Origin: a virus
Length of the DNA stretch: 64,000 bases
Virus record (IMG/VR): IMGVR_UViG_3300037137_001341
Span: 32,001 to 96,000 of that record
Reading direction: 5' to 3' (one strand)
In this document: one piece after another, positions 62,460 to 64,000 of the stretch
How positions within the stretch are numbered: the stretch's first letter is position 1
How the letters are laid out: each line of letters begins with the position of its first letter
The notes under the pieces: generated by a model
What the model was told of the DNA's origin: nothing
Databases searched by the model: none
Seen by the model: the letters and a program-made list of their open reading frames with translations, nothing else
Program-made: the position numbers and the translations under genes

Positions 62460-62803
62460 GCCCCGAGCGCCTTCTGCACCGCGTCCTCGCCGTCGTCCGT
62501 GTCCTCCGCGGGAGTGCCCTTTGGGAACTGTTCCCGCGCGAGCTTGCGGAGCGCCTTGCGGGACTCCTTCGTCATCACCCAGTCCGGGTTCCCGATGCAG
62601 CGCCCGGTGTTCAGACTGAACTCGACGGCGTTCGCGCTGCCCCAGGTGAGCAGGGCACGTGTCCGCGTATCCAGTCGGACGAGCGACTCCTCGCGTTCCT
62701 GCAGCGCGGCTGCGGTGCGCTTGTAACCGCCGCGCTTCAGCTTGCCGTCCTCGGTCTGCTCGCGGGTGAGAACGGGCCAGTACTGGAGCTTCACGGCGGT
62801 CAT
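62438..62803 (-). CDS. Hypothetical protein
   Basis: GAGG RBS; ATGA coupling. Confidence 0.65.
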   Translation of the reverse strand: MTAVKLQYWPVLTREQTEDGKLKRGGYKRTAAALQEREESLVRLDTRTRALLTWGSANAVEFSLNTGRCIGNPDWVMTKESRKALRKLAREQFPKGTPAEDTDDGEDAVQKALGACESSSG

Positions 62804-63987
62804 GGTTTGCCTCGCACTTCGTCACGGAGCGCCGACGGCAACGTCTCGAAGAGCGACACGATCAGGCGGTGAACACGCTCACCGAGGTTTGGCGTCGCCG
62901 CCAGTTGCCTTGCGAGCCGGACCAGCGCGGCGCGGTCGCTCTTCGCGGCGTCGCGCTCGGCCGTGATGGTCACGACCTCTTCCAGAGACGTGGACTTCTG
63001 GAGCGCGGCTACTTCGTCCACGAGAACGAGTGTCGCGCTGCGAACCGCGGAGCGAGTCCTCGTGGCTTCCTGATCCTGCACCAGAGACATATCCGCCTGC
63101 AGCTTCCGGTTCTCGGCAACCAGTCGCTCGTTCCCCGCTGCTAACAATCGTGCTTCACCCTCCGCGTCGTTGCGCCGCTTCGCGTGGTCGGCGATCTGTC
63201 CGATGGCGACCATCTTGGACTGCTCAGCCTCGTCCTTCTCGCGCTCCAGCCTGATGAGTCGCTGGTTGGCGAGCGCGAGCCGGCCGCGCACTACCTCTAC
63301 CTCCGCCGTCAGCCACGCCACTCGACGCACGCTGTTGTGGTCCTCCAGATGCGCCGCTAACTTCTCAGCGTCGTCGAACGTCTTGTCGCAGATCAGGCAG
63401 GTGATCGGGCCGGCGAATGTCAGCGCCTCCGCGTCCACAGCCCGCTCCGCTTCCGCTGCCTCCGCGTCGGTCAGGGCGAAGCCGACGTCCTCGCGCGGCT
63501 CCTGTCGCGGATCGCTCCACCCTTCGGGCATACCAACCTCGTCGAGCTTGCGCTGCAGCTCGCTCACGCGGTCGTTCGCCGCCGCGTACTGCTGCGCGAG
63601 GTCGTTGTAATCCCTCACCATCGTCGCCACGACCGCGTCCACGTCCGCGCCGCGCTTGGCATACTCAGCCTGCTCGGCGAGCACCTCCTCGATGACCTCC
63701 GGCGACGCCGCCACATGCACCTGCTTGTTCCACTGCTCCCGCTGCGCGATGCGGAGCAAGATCAGGTAGCCCAGAAGATCCTTGATGACGTCCTCGCCTG
63801 CGGCGATGCCGCGCATGAGCCGCGAGAGCTTGTCGTCGATTCGGACACGGATCTGTTCCACCGTGTCGGACTTCGCGAAGATCCTGACGGGCGAGAGCGC
63901 AGAGGAACCGTATGCGCGGTTTTTCTCCAGCAGCATCGCCTTGAGCGCGTCGCACTCCTCGGAGATGCGCTCGGCGTCGCTGCGCAT
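62800..63987 (-). CDS. Nucleotide-modification-associated (Nmad1/DUF1599-like) domain + C2H2 finger + coiled coil; may start beyond window
   Basis: EKNRAYG..RIDDKLSRL..ED..DLLGY; CLICDKTF..LAAHLEDH. Confidence 0.72.
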   Translation of the reverse strand: MRSDAERISEECDALKAMLLEKNRAYGSSALSPVRIFAKSDTVEQIRVRIDDKLSRLMRGIAAGEDVIKDLLGYLILLRIAQREQWNKQVHVAASPEVIEEVLAEQAEYAKRGADVDAVVATMVRDYNDLAQQYAAANDRVSELQRKLDEVGMPEGWSDPRQEPREDVGFALTDAEAAEAERAVDAEALTFAGPITCLICDKTFDDAEKLAAHLEDHNSVRRVAWLTAEVEVVRGRLALANQRLIRLEREKDEAEQSKMVAIGQIADHAKRRNDAEGEARLLAAGNERLVAENRKLQADMSLVQDQEATRTRSAVRSATLVLVDEVAALQKSTSLEEVVTITAERDAAKSDRAALVRLARQLAATPNLGERVHRLIVSLFETLPSALRDEVRGKP

Positions 63988-64000
63988 CGCGCGCTCGACC

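Noticed and set aside
1-64000. CRISPR array, rRNA, full-length tRNA, reverse transcriptase/DGR, IS transposase
   Set aside because: No repeat-spacer array, complete cloverleaf, or RT/DDE motifs seen; the tandem repeats are in-frame coding repeats

Overview
GC-rich (~70%), gene-dense segment of what is most likely a large bacterial virus or virus-like element. A Gly/Thr-rich lipoprotein suggests a myxobacterial host (inference). Layout: (1) 1-15.5 kb, a divergent early-type region of small ORFs around an AT-rich spacer (6771-6938), with a MoxR/RavA-type AAA+ ATPase, two vWA proteins, SWIM and other Zn fingers, a 7-copy upstream motif CCCCCRTTCCYGNNCANGTA and a 51-nt tRNA-like mini-element. (2) 15.5-27 kb, a dual-specificity phosphatase, a ~1420-aa tyrosine recombinase, two GT4 glycosyltransferases and GroES. 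(3) 27-56 kb, a minus-strand structural-type cluster: a SHAEG-repeat spike, roughly 30 small C-terminally anchored membrane proteins, three consecutive beta-rich candidate jelly-roll capsid proteins and an 837-aa basic/membrane protein. No terminase, portal, HK97 capsid or tail genes are recognisable. (4) 55-64 kb, a transglutaminase-fold cysteine protease candidate, an 880-aa coiled-coil protein, a NUDIX hydrolase and an Nmad1-like/C2H2 fusion. The strongest signal is a pair of short peptide tags. G-(L/V/M/I/F)-G-(D/E/Q/A) occurs in at least 25 cluster proteins and resembles the adenovirus-protease consensus. Hydrophobic-x-x-N punctuates the basic proteins. With the adjacent protease, these suggest an undescribed proteolytic maturation or sorting system for a tailless, membrane-containing virion. 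All calls are by eye without database searches; many starts were moved from the ORF track using RBS, promoter or gene-overlap evidence.
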